The notes under the pieces were generated by a model, which was not told where the DNA came from, did no database searches, and saw nothing but the letters and a program-made list of their open reading frames with translations. Shown here piece after piece: positions 7,486 through 15,509 of a stretch of 21,611 bases of DNA. A program made the translations under genes and the position numbers. The first letter of the stretch is position 1, and each line of letters begins with the position of its first letter. The DNA is from Candidatus Sericytochromatia bacterium (GTDB lineage: Bacteria; Cyanobacteriota; Sericytochromatia; S15B-MN24; UBA4093), in the NCBI GenBank assembly GCA_036676495.1, contig JAKFCT010000103.1:1-21611 (forward strand), read 5' to 3'.

Positions 7486-8828
7486 TATTGAATCTCTCCC
7501 TCGACGAAGGAGAAGGTCTTGCCGTAAAGGCTGCGCTCGAGGCGCAGGACCTTGCGATTGAGCATCATGACCACGCCCGCGTGGCTCTCGCCCTTGACGA
7601 CGATCCTGGGGGACGGCAGCTCTTCGTGCTCGGACTCCAGCTCGATGATTTGCTGGCGAATCTGGGCGAGCCGCAAGCTCATGTTGACCTTCTGGGGCAT
7701 GAGGCGCTGCAGGTTGAAGGGGCCGTCTTGCGGGGGATTGGCCATGACCGTCTTGATCAGGCTGGTGATCTCCTCGAGGTCGATGACCAGCTGGGCCTCC
7801 TCGGCATGGAGCTGGTCGAGCAGGTCGTCCGGCGGGTCCTGGTTGATCTCGATGCGGGTCGGGGTCTCGTGAGGGGTGCCGAGGGACCCGACCTGAACCA
7901 GCTCACCGGCCTTGGAGAGGCCTCCGATCAGGTGGCCTCCGATCATCATGCGCTTGCCCGCCGAGAGGGTGGAGTGCAGGGCGTCGCTTTGGATGGTGAT
8001 GTCGCGGCGGGCCGAGATGCTGGATTCCGAGTCCACGAAGCGGGCGGTGACGTCGCCTTGGGCCTCGATGATCGCGTGGTTGCGGACCCCGCCCTTGATC
8101 ATGACCGAGCCGCCCGCCTGGATCAGGCCGCCCTCGACGTAGCCCCGGACCTCGACGTCCTCGGTGGCGCGGATGGTGAAGCCGGCGTTGACGCCGCCCT
8201 TGACGACCACGCTGCCCTGGAAGTTGATGTTTCCGACCGAGAAGTCGACCTCGTCGACGGTGAAGACCGGACGCACGGAGATGCGGTTGCGCTCGACCAT
8301 CGGAACGCCGGTCACGGTCGCGACGACCTCGAGCTTGTCCGGGCTCAGTTCGACGTTCTTGCCGGCCAGGAGGTGGATTTCCTTGATGGGAGCCGGAGGG
8401 ATGGGCTGTCCGGTGACCGCCGAGCCCGGGGTTCCGGGGATGCCCGGAATCTTGCGGGCCAGGACCTGGCCTTCGACCACGTTCTGGATGACGCGCCCCT
8501 CGCGGTAGTCGACCCGGCCGCCGTCCGCTTCCACGGGGCCCACGTTGATCGGATCCGCGGAGAAGTAGTACTCGACCCGGGCCGGGGTCCCGGCGCTGGG
8601 AGGGGTTCCCCGGGCCACCAGCATCCCGTCTCCCACCGGATGGGTCGCGAGACTCACCAGCGCTTGCTCATCGATGCCGAAGACCACCCCGTTCTGGTGC
8701 AGGGCGGCCAAGAGCTGCTCCACCGGAACCGGCATGGGCGGTACGACCCGCATCCAGGCCTCGAGGCCTTTTTGCAGGATCTGAACCTTGATGGCTGCTT
8801 TGAAGGATTGGGTCGTCTCCACCGTCAA
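7482..8828 (-). CDS. fapA: FapA/DUF342 family protein (flagellar assembly protein A-like)
   Basis: GVVFGID, VARG.PP, GRVDYRE, NVVEGQVLARKIP, VDFSVGNINFQGSVVVKG, beta-helix repeats and a C-terminal coiled coil. TTG start with a GAGGG RBS. Confidence 0.85.
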   Translation of the reverse strand: MTVETTQSFKAAIKVQILQKGLEAWMRVVPPMPVPVEQLLAALHQNGVVFGIDEQALVSLATHPVGDGMLVARGTPPSAGTPARVEYYFSADPINVGPVEADGGRVDYREGRVIQNVVEGQVLARKIPGIPGTPGSAVTGQPIPPAPIKEIHLLAGKNVELSPDKLEVVATVTGVPMVERNRISVRPVFTVDEVDFSVGNINFQGSVVVKGGVNAGFTIRATEDVEVRGYVEGGLIQAGGSVMIKGGVRNHAIIEAQGDVTARFVDSESSISARRDITIQSDALHSTLSAGKRMMIGGHLIGGLSKAGELVQVGSLGTPHETPTRIEINQDPPDDLLDQLHAEEAQLVIDLEEITSLIKTVMANPPQDGPFNLQRLMPQKVNMSLRLAQIRQQIIELESEHEELPSPRIVVKGESHAGVVMMLNRKVLRLERSLYGKTFSFVEGEIQY

Positions 8829-8935
8829 CGTTCCCTCGTTCTTGCCTGGGCTGGGGGCTTGGCGCCGTCTCGATCAAGGCCCGCATGCGGGCCCCGCGAA
8901 CTTGGACCTCCGTGTCGCAGAGGTTCGACACCCTC

Positions 8936-8966
8936 ATTATACCCTCAGGACGACATTTGGAGGCAA
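8936..8966 (-). promoter_or_regulatory. Putative sigma70-type promoter for the fapA operon
   Basis: Minus strand TTGCCT (8966-8961), 19 nt, then perfect TATAAT (8941-8936) in the argS-fapA gap. The spacer is long. Confidence 0.5.
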
Positions 8967-8998
8967 GCCAGCGTTACTATTTCAAGGTGAGACCTTGC

Positions 8999-10669
8999 TC
9001 ACATCCGCTCGGGGGCCCGGACGCCGAGGATGCCTTCCAGCGCATTGGCAAGCACCGTGCGGCTCGCCACCGCCAAAGCCAGCCGCGCGCGGGTCAAGGC
9101 GGCGTCCTCCGGGTTGAGCACCCGGCAATTCGTATAGAACGCATGGAAGTCCGCCGCCAGGTCCTGGGCGAAGCGCGCGATGCGATGCGGCTCGCGGGCG
9201 AAGGCTGCCCCGGAGAGCTCGTCGGTGAAGCTCGCGAGCTTGAGCATCAACACGCGCTCGTCCTCATGCCCCAGGGGCGAGAGATCGGCCGCGTCGAGGC
9301 CGTCCAGGGAATGTCCTTGCTCTTCGGCCAGGCGCAGGATCGAGCAGATGCGCGCATGCGCGTACTGCACGTAGAAGACCGGGTTGTCGGCGGTCTCCTT
9401 CTTGGCCAGCTCGAGATCGAAGTCCAAAGGGGTGTCCGACGAGCGCATGACCAGGAAGTAGCGGGCGGCGTCGGGGCCGACCTCGTCGATCACCTCGTCG
9501 AGGGTCACCATCTCACCGGTGCGCTTGGACATGCGGACGGGCTCGCCCTCGCGGTAGAGGCTCACGAGCTGCCCGATGATGATCTCCAGCTTGTCGGCGG
9601 GGTAGCCGAGCGCCTGGACGGCCGCCTTCATGCGGGCGACGTAGCCGTGGTGGTCGGCGCCGAAGATGTTGATCAGCTTGTCATAGCCGCGCACCAGCTT
9701 GTTCCAGTGGTACGCGATGTCGGCGGCGAGGTAGGTCGGCAAGCCGTTCTCGCGGATGACGACGCGGTCCTTGTCGTCCCCGAAGTCGGTGGACTTCAGC
9801 CACCAGGCGCCGTCCTTCTCGTAGAGGTAGCCCTTCTCCTTGAGGACGTCGACGGCCTTCTGGATGGCGCCTTCCTGGTGCAGCCGGGTCTCCGAGAAGT
9901 ACTCGTCGAAGTGGCAGCGGATGCGCCCGAGGGTCTCTTGCTGCTTGCCCAGGAGGAGGTCGCGCGCGAACTGGGTCAGGCGCTTCACCTTGGCGTCCTC
10001 GTCGAGGCCGTCGAGCTCGGAGCCGAGGGCCTCGCGGGCGGCAGCGGCCACGTCATGGATGTACGCCCCGCCGTAGAACTCCTTGCCGGCGTCGCCTTCG
10101 GGGATCGCGCGGCCTTCCATGCGGTACATGACCGAGCGGCCGAGGTTGAGCATCTGGTTGCCGGCGTCGTTGATGTAGAACTCCTGGTGCACCTGGAAGC
10201 CCGCGGCGTTCATGACGTTGGCGAGGGTGCTGCCGATGGCGGCCCAGCGGCCGTGGCCGACGTGCAGGGGGCCGGTCGGGTTGGCGGAGACGAACTCGAG
10301 CAGGACCTTCTCGCCCTTGCCGGCGTCCGAGCGGCCGTAGGCGTCCTTTTCCTTGAGGACGGCGTGCACGTTCTCGCGCAGCCAGTCCATGCTCAGCGTC
10401 AGGTTGATGAAGCCGGGGCCCGCCATGGAGACCTTGGCGATCAGGCCGTCGGTGGGGATGCGGTCGATCAGGATCTTGGCGATCTGCGGGGGGGCCATCT
10501 TGGCCGGCTTCGCGAGGGCCATGGCCAGGTTGGTCGCGTAGTCGCCGTGCTGGGGATCGCGGGGCTTCTCGACCGAAGGACGAACGGAGAGGCCCGCGGG
10601 CAGTTGCCCCTGCTCGATGGCCGCGTTCAGGGCGCCTGCGAGGTGATCGGCGATGAGTTGTCTAAGCAT
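8999..10669 (-). CDS. argS: Arginine--tRNA ligase
   Basis: HGDYATN, EFVSANPTGPLHVGH (HIGH motif), EFYINDAG, GADHHGY, MSKRTG, NPVFYVQYAHAR. Confidence 0.97.
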   Translation of the reverse strand: MLRQLIADHLAGALNAAIEQGQLPAGLSVRPSVEKPRDPQHGDYATNLAMALAKPAKMAPPQIAKILIDRIPTDGLIAKVSMAGPGFINLTLSMDWLRENVHAVLKEKDAYGRSDAGKGEKVLLEFVSANPTGPLHVGHGRWAAIGSTLANVMNAAGFQVHQEFYINDAGNQMLNLGRSVMYRMEGRAIPEGDAGKEFYGGAYIHDVAAAAREALGSELDGLDEDAKVKRLTQFARDLLLGKQQETLGRIRCHFDEYFSETRLHQEGAIQKAVDVLKEKGYLYEKDGAWWLKSTDFGDDKDRVVIRENGLPTYLAADIAYHWNKLVRGYDKLINIFGADHHGYVARMKAAVQALGYPADKLEIIIGQLVSLYREGEPVRMSKRTGEMVTLDEVIDEVGPDAARYFLVMRSSDTPLDFDLELAKKETADNPVFYVQYAHARICSILRLAEEQGHSLDGLDAADLSPLGHEDERVLMLKLASFTDELSGAAFAREPHRIARFAQDLAADFHAFYTNCRVLNPEDAALTRARLALAVASRTVLANALEGILGVRAPERM

Positions 10670-11099
10670 GGGCGGGTTCTTCTCCGATGATCGTCAAGTG
10701 GATGATGAGGGTGAAGTGGCCGAGCAAGGCGTCGTCGGAGTACAGGTCGTACTCCAGCTGCAGCTCGGCGCCTTGCGGGGTGGGAGTCTTCTCGAAACGC
10801 TTGGTGTAGGTCATGAGCGGAAGGACCGAGCCCATCAGGGTGAGTTCGGTCGGGACGGACTGGCCTTTCCGGAAGACCTGCCAGGACTCGATCTCGGCGC
10901 TGCGGCGGAAGAGGCGCCACTCGTCGTCGCTCATCTTGAGGGTGGTCTGGGTCCCGTCCGCCTCCTGGAAGATCAGGTACTCCTGATGATCCTGGCGGTA
11001 CCAGGAGCCTTCGTACTCGCCGAAGGTGGACTGGGCTTGGTTTTCGCTGTCGAGCTGGCGGCTCTCCAGTTTGACGTGAACGTTCTGCTTCATGCTCAT
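10662..11099 (-). CDS. DUF1934 (YwiB-like) protein
   Basis: 145-aa beta-rich protein (YLIFQE...TTLK...LEYDLY) directly upstream of argS, the usual ywiB-argS arrangement. It overlaps both neighbours. Confidence 0.7.
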   Translation of the reverse strand: MSMKQNVHVKLESRQLDSENQAQSTFGEYEGSWYRQDHQEYLIFQEADGTQTTLKMSDDEWRLFRRSAEIESWQVFRKGQSVPTELTLMGSVLPLMTYTKRFEKTPTPQGAELQLEYDLYSDDALLGHFTLIIHLTIIGEEPAHA

Positions 11100-11563
11100 G
11101 CTTTATGGTAGGGCTCTCCCCGGCGGAGGGTCTCGCAGCGGTAGAGCTGTTCGAGCAGCACCAGGCGGGCCAGCTGATACGGGAGGGTCAACGCGGAAAG
11201 GCCCATTTTCCAGCGGGCCTCGCGCTCGAAGTCGGGATCCAGGCCTTGAGGGCCTCCGAGCACGAAGGCCAGAGCCCCCATGCCTTGGGCCTCGAAGCCT
11301 TCCAGTTTCTGGGCGAGGTGCATGGTGTCGAGCTGGGTTCCGCGCTCGGTGAGGGCGATGATCTCGGCGCCCTTGCAGGCGGCTCGCAGGCGCTCCGCCT
11401 CGGCGCGCATGACCTGGGCTTCGCGGCCGGGAATCAGGCGCTCCTCCGGGACCTCGACGAGCTCGATGGGCCGGTAGCGCTTGAGGCGTCCCGCGTACTC
11501 GGCGATCGCCTCGCGGTAGAACGACTCCTTGATGCGCCCGACGGCCACGATGGACCACTTCAC
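11096..11563 (-). CDS. rlmH: 23S rRNA (pseudouridine1915-N3)-methyltransferase
   Basis: IVAVGRIKE, EY..RL, FVLGGPQG, LSALTLP, RLVLLEQLYR, PYHK. Start moved to GTG 11563 (purine-rich RBS, downstream of the predicted promoter). Confidence 0.95.
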   Translation of the reverse strand: MKWSIVAVGRIKESFYREAIAEYAGRLKRYRPIELVEVPEERLIPGREAQVMRAEAERLRAACKGAEIIALTERGTQLDTMHLAQKLEGFEAQGMGALAFVLGGPQGLDPDFEREARWKMGLSALTLPYQLARLVLLEQLYRCETLRRGEPYHKA

Positions 11564-11591
11564 GGCTTTCCCCCAGCTTCCGGAAAACCTC

Positions 11592-11621
11592 ACTTTACCG
11601 TTCTTGACGAGCCCGCGTCAA
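11592..11621 (-). promoter_or_regulatory. Putative sigma70 promoter for rlmH-DUF1934-argS
   Basis: Minus strand TTGACG (11621-11616), 18 nt, then TAAAGT (11597-11592). Confidence 0.55.
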
Positions 11622-11654
11622 GCAAGCCATGGCGCCCCTCTCCCCCGGTCGATG

Positions 11655-11663
11655 TGGTACAAT
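11655..11663 (+). promoter_or_regulatory. Putative extended -10 promoter for yajQ-rplI-dnaB-purA
   Basis: TGGTACAAT matches TGnTAnAAT in the divergent intergenic region. Confidence 0.55.
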
Positions 11664-11777
11664 GACCCCAGCCTGCCTGCCCCTCAAAATGGCGTGGCGC
11701 GCCTGATCGCGGCCCGATGGCCGCGAAGGGCTGGCGCGTCCCGGCAGGTATGACAGATCAGCGGGAGTTTAGCAGCA

Positions 11778-12269
11778 ATGTCCAAAGACGCTTCGTTCGA
11801 CATCGTCTCCAAGGTCGACATGGCCGAGGTGACCAACGCCGTCCATCAAACCAACAAGGAAATCGAGCAGCGCTTCGACCTCAAGGGGACCGGAGCCGAG
11901 ATCCGCCAGGAGAAAGAGACCCTCACCGCGGTCGCGCCCGACGATCTCAAGCTGCGCAACATCATCGACATCCTCGAGAACAAGTTCATCAAGCGGAACC
12001 TCTCCCTGAAGGCCCTGGACAAGGGGAACGTCGAGTCCGCCCTGGGCGGTACGGTCAAGCAGGTCATCACCCTCAAGCAGGGCATCGACCGCGACCACGC
12101 CAAGAAGATCAACGACCTGATCAAGAGCAGCAAGCTCAAGGTCCAGTCGCAGATCCAAGAGGATCAGATCCGGGTCTCCGGCAAGTCCCGTGACGACCTT
12201 CAGGCCGTCATCCAGACCCTCAGGAACGCGGACCTGGACATCGACCTCCAGTTCGAGAATTACCGCTAA
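11778..12269 (+). CDS. yajQ: YajQ family nucleotide/c-di-GMP-binding protein
   Basis: SFDIVSKVD..EV.NAV, RFDLKG, LKQGI, KVQSQIQEDQIRVSGKSRDDLQ, LQFENYR. Confidence 0.95.
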   Translation: MSKDASFDIVSKVDMAEVTNAVHQTNKEIEQRFDLKGTGAEIRQEKETLTAVAPDDLKLRNIIDILENKFIKRNLSLKALDKGNVESALGGTVKQVITLKQGIDRDHAKKINDLIKSSKLKVQSQIQEDQIRVSGKSRDDLQAVIQTLRNADLDIDLQFENYR

Positions 12270-12332
12270 GCGGACGCGCCCCGCGACCTCGCGGGGCCCC
12301 GTCCCGTCATCGAAGCACCAGAGGAGAGCGTG

Positions 12333-12776
12333 ATGAAGGTCATTTTCACCCAGGACGTCAAGGGCACGGCCAAGGCGGGCGAGATCAAGGACGTTTCCGA
12401 GGGACACGCCCGCAACTACCTGATCCCCCGCGGCATCGCCATGGAAGCCAGCGCCGCCAACCTCAAGATCCTCGAGGACAAGAAGAAGTCCGAGGAGAAG
12501 AAGGCCGCCAAGATCAAGGCCGAAGCCCAAGAGCTGGCCACGCGCCTGGAGGCCAAGACCGTCACCCTGAAGGCCAAGTCCGGCGAGGGGGGCAAGCTCT
12601 ACGGAGCGATCACCTCCAAGGAGATCGCCCAGGAGACCAAGAAGCAGACCCAGCTTGAAATCGACAAGCGAAAGATCGAGATGGAGCCCATCCGGTCCTT
12701 GGGCACCTACAACCTCACGGTCAAGATGCACCCCGAGGTGACGGCCAAGCTCAAGGTCCACGTGATCGAGGAGTAG
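12333..12776 (+). CDS. rplI: 50S ribosomal protein L9
   Basis: [57 protein letters not shown] 6 nt before ATG 12333. Confidence 0.96.
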   Translation: MKVIFTQDVKGTAKAGEIKDVSEGHARNYLIPRGIAMEASAANLKILEDKKKSEEKKAAKIKAEAQELATRLEAKTVTLKAKSGEGGKLYGAITSKEIAQETKKQTQLEIDKRKIEMEPIRSLGTYNLTVKMHPEVTAKLKVHVIEE

Positions 12777-12787
12777 TCTACCCCCCC

Positions 12788-14140
12788 ATGAGCGAGCTCA
12801 TCGAACGGATTCCCCCGCAGGACGTCGAGGCCGAGCAGTCCGTGCTCGGCGCCCTCCTGGTCTCTCCGGAGGCCATTGGAAAGGTCGCCGAGCTTCTCCG
12901 GCCCGAGCACTTCTACCGCCAGGCCCATGCCACCATCTTCCAGGCGGTCTGCGACCTGGCGGAGCGGGGGGAACCGATCGACCTCATCACCGTCTCCTCG
13001 CTGCTGCGCAGCAAGGAGGAGCTCGATGCGGTCGGCGGCTACGGCTACCTCATGGACCTCGCGTCCTCCATCCCGACCGCGGCCAACGTCGAGTACTACG
13101 CCAAGATCGTCGAGGAGAAGGGGACCCTTCGCTCGCTCATCGCCGGCGGCACCAAGATCGTCGAGCTGGCCTTCGACCAGGAGCGCAAGATCGAGGATAC
13201 GCTCGACCAGGCCGAGCAGATCATCTTCGAGGTCTCCCAGCAGCGCCGCCAGTCCCAGGACCTCACCCACATCAAGGACGTCCTGCAATCGACCTTCGAG
13301 ACCATCGAGTACCGCTACGAGAACCAAGACAACGTCATGGGCTCGGCCACCGGCTTCTACGACCTCGACTACATGACCTCGGGCCTCAACCCCAGCGATC
13401 TCATCATCCTGGCGGCCCGTCCGGCGATGGGAAAAACCTCGTTCGCCCTCAACCTCCTGCAAGCCGTCGCCAAGCTCAACGACAAGCCCTCGATCATCTT
13501 CAGCCTGGAAATGGGCAAGGACCAGTTGGTCCAGCGCATGATCTGCTCGGAAGCCAAGATCGACGCCCACCGGATCAAGACGGGCTACCTCTCCGAAGGC
13601 GACTGGCCTCGCTTGACGGAAGCCATCGGCTCGTTGGCCGAGGCTCCGGTCTACATCGACGACACGCCGGCCATCACGGTCATGGAGGTGCGCGGCAAGG
13701 CGCGCCGCCTCAAGGCCCTCACCAAGAAAGAGCTGGGCCTGATCGTCATCGACTACCTCCAGCTGATGAGCGGGGGCGGCAGCTCCAACGACGGCAACCG
13801 CCAGCAGGAGATCTCGACCATCTCGCGCTCGCTGAAAGCGCTCGCGCGCGAGCTGCACGTGCCGATCATCGCGCTTTCCCAGCTCTCGCGCGCGGTGGAA
13901 TCCCGTACCGACAAGCGCCCCATGCTCAGCGACCTGCGCGAATCGGGCGCCATCGAGCAGGACGCCGACATCGTCATGTTCATCTACCGCGATGACTACT
14001 ACAATATGGAGTCTCCCGAGAAGAACATCGCGGAGATCATCATCGCCAAGCACCGTAACGGACCGGTCGGGAAGGTGAAGCTGTACTTCGAGAAGGAGCA
14101 CACGCGCTTCGAGAACCTCACCACCGCCCCCGCCGTCTAG
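12788..14140 (+). CDS. dnaB: Replicative DNA helicase DnaB (no intein)
   Basis: PPQDVEAEQSVLG, AARPAMGKT, FSLEM, IDYLQLM, LSQLSR.VE.R.DKRP.LSDLRESGAIEQDAD, KHRNGP; 450 aa. Confidence 0.97.
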   Translation: MSELIERIPPQDVEAEQSVLGALLVSPEAIGKVAELLRPEHFYRQAHATIFQAVCDLAERGEPIDLITVSSLLRSKEELDAVGGYGYLMDLASSIPTAANVEYYAKIVEEKGTLRSLIAGGTKIVELAFDQERKIEDTLDQAEQIIFEVSQQRRQSQDLTHIKDVLQSTFETIEYRYENQDNVMGSATGFYDLDYMTSGLNPSDLIILAARPAMGKTSFALNLLQAVAKLNDKPSIIFSLEMGKDQLVQRMICSEAKIDAHRIKTGYLSEGDWPRLTEAIGSLAEAPVYIDDTPAITVMEVRGKARRLKALTKKELGLIVIDYLQLMSGGGSSNDGNRQQEISTISRSLKALARELHVPIIALSQLSRAVESRTDKRPMLSDLRESGAIEQDADIVMFIYRDDYYNMESPEKNIAEIIIAKHRNGPVGKVKLYFEKEHTRFENLTTAPAV

Positions 14141-14162
14141 TTTCAAGAAAGAAGGCAGAACC

Positions 14163-15476
14163 GTGGCCAACGTCGCCGTCGTCGGAGCCCAGTGGGGCGA
14201 CGAAGGGAAGGGCAAGATCACCGATTTGCTGTCCGAAGCCGCGGACGTCGTCGTCCGCTTCTCGGGTGGCAACAACGCGGGCCACACGGTCACGGTCGGC
14301 GAGAAGGTCTACAAGCTTCACCTGGTTCCCTCGGGGATCCTCTACCCCGGCACGCTCTGCATCGTGGGCAACGGGACGGTCATCGACCCGGTCTCCTTCG
14401 TCGCCGAGTTGGACAAGCTCGAAGAGCAAGGGATCGACCTCTCGAACCTCAAGATCAGCGAGCTCGCGCACCTGATCATGCCCTACCACAAAGCCCTGGA
14501 CCGGGCGGAGGAAGCGCGCCGCACGCATAAGATCGGCACCACCGGCCGCGGGATCGGTCCCGCGTACGGCGACAAGGCCCTGCGCTACGGCTTCCGCCTG
14601 CTGGACCTGCGCGACGAGGCCGCCTTCCGCGATCGCCTCGCCGACAACCTCGCGCGCCAGAACGCCATCCTCACCCAGGTCTACGGAGCCGAGCCCCTGG
14701 ACCTCGACGCCGTCGCCGCCGAGGTGCTGGGCGCCTACAAGCGCCTGGAGCCCTTCATCGCGGATACCAGCCTGATGCTTCACCTGGCCGTCAAGGCCGG
14801 CAAGAAGATCCTCTTCGAGGGCGCGCAGGGCACCTTGCTCGACCTCGACATGGGCACCTACCCGTACGTGACGTCTTCCTTCCCCGTGGCGGGCGGAGCG
14901 GCCATCGGCTCGGGAGTCGGGCCGTCGGCCATCGACCGGGTGCTGGGAATCACCAAGGCCTACACCACCCGCGTGGGCGAGGGGCCTTTCCCCAGCGAGC
15001 TGCATGACGCGACCGGCGACCGGATTCGCGAGATCGGCAAGGAGTTCGGGACCACCACGGGGCGCCCGCGGCGCTGCGGCTGGTTCGACGCCGTGGCGGC
15101 CAAGCTGGCGGCGCGCGCCAACAGCCTGGACGCGCTCGCCATCATGAAGCTCGACGTGCTCGACTCCTTCACGGAGATTCCGGTGGTGATCGGCTACAAG
15201 GCGGGCGATCGCCTGCTCGACGAGTTCCCGCACGATCCCAACCTCCTGGCCCTCTGCGAGCCGATTTACGAGACGCTCCCCGGCTGGAACTGCCCCACCA
15301 CGGGAGCCCGCCGCTGGGAGGACCTTCCCTTGGCGGCGCAGGGTTACCTGCGCCGGATCTCGGAGCTGGTGGACGTGCCGATCGCCATCGTCTCGGTCGG
15401 CCCCGAGCGCGACGCCACCATCGTGACCGAGAATCTGCTCGCGGGGCCCCGGAGGGTCCAGCCCGTCCGACTCTAG
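14163..15476 (+). CDS. purA: Adenylosuccinate synthetase
   Basis: GAQWGDEGKGK, GGNNAGHT, IGTTGRGIGPAY, FEGAQG, TYPYVTSS, EFGTTTGRPRRCGW. Confidence 0.97.
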   Translation: MANVAVVGAQWGDEGKGKITDLLSEAADVVVRFSGGNNAGHTVTVGEKVYKLHLVPSGILYPGTLCIVGNGTVIDPVSFVAELDKLEEQGIDLSNLKISELAHLIMPYHKALDRAEEARRTHKIGTTGRGIGPAYGDKALRYGFRLLDLRDEAAFRDRLADNLARQNAILTQVYGAEPLDLDAVAAEVLGAYKRLEPFIADTSLMLHLAVKAGKKILFEGAQGTLLDLDMGTYPYVTSSFPVAGGAAIGSGVGPSAIDRVLGITKAYTTRVGEGPFPSELHDATGDRIREIGKEFGTTTGRPRRCGWFDAVAAKLAARANSLDALAIMKLDVLDSFTEIPVVIGYKAGDRLLDEFPHDPNLLALCEPIYETLPGWNCPTTGARRWEDLPLAAQGYLRRISELVDVPIAIVSVGPERDATIVTENLLAGPRRVQPVRL

Positions 15477-15509
15477 GGCCCGCGGGCCCATCGCAAGAGG
15501 TTAGCCGGA

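Noticed and set aside
11096-11120. rlmH (orfX) 3' end as an SCCmec-type integration site
   Set aside because: The rlmH stop overlaps the DUF1934 start directly. There is no inserted element, direct repeat or recombinase.
12788-14140. Intein in DnaB
   Set aside because: The protein is the normal 450 aa with contiguous helicase motifs.
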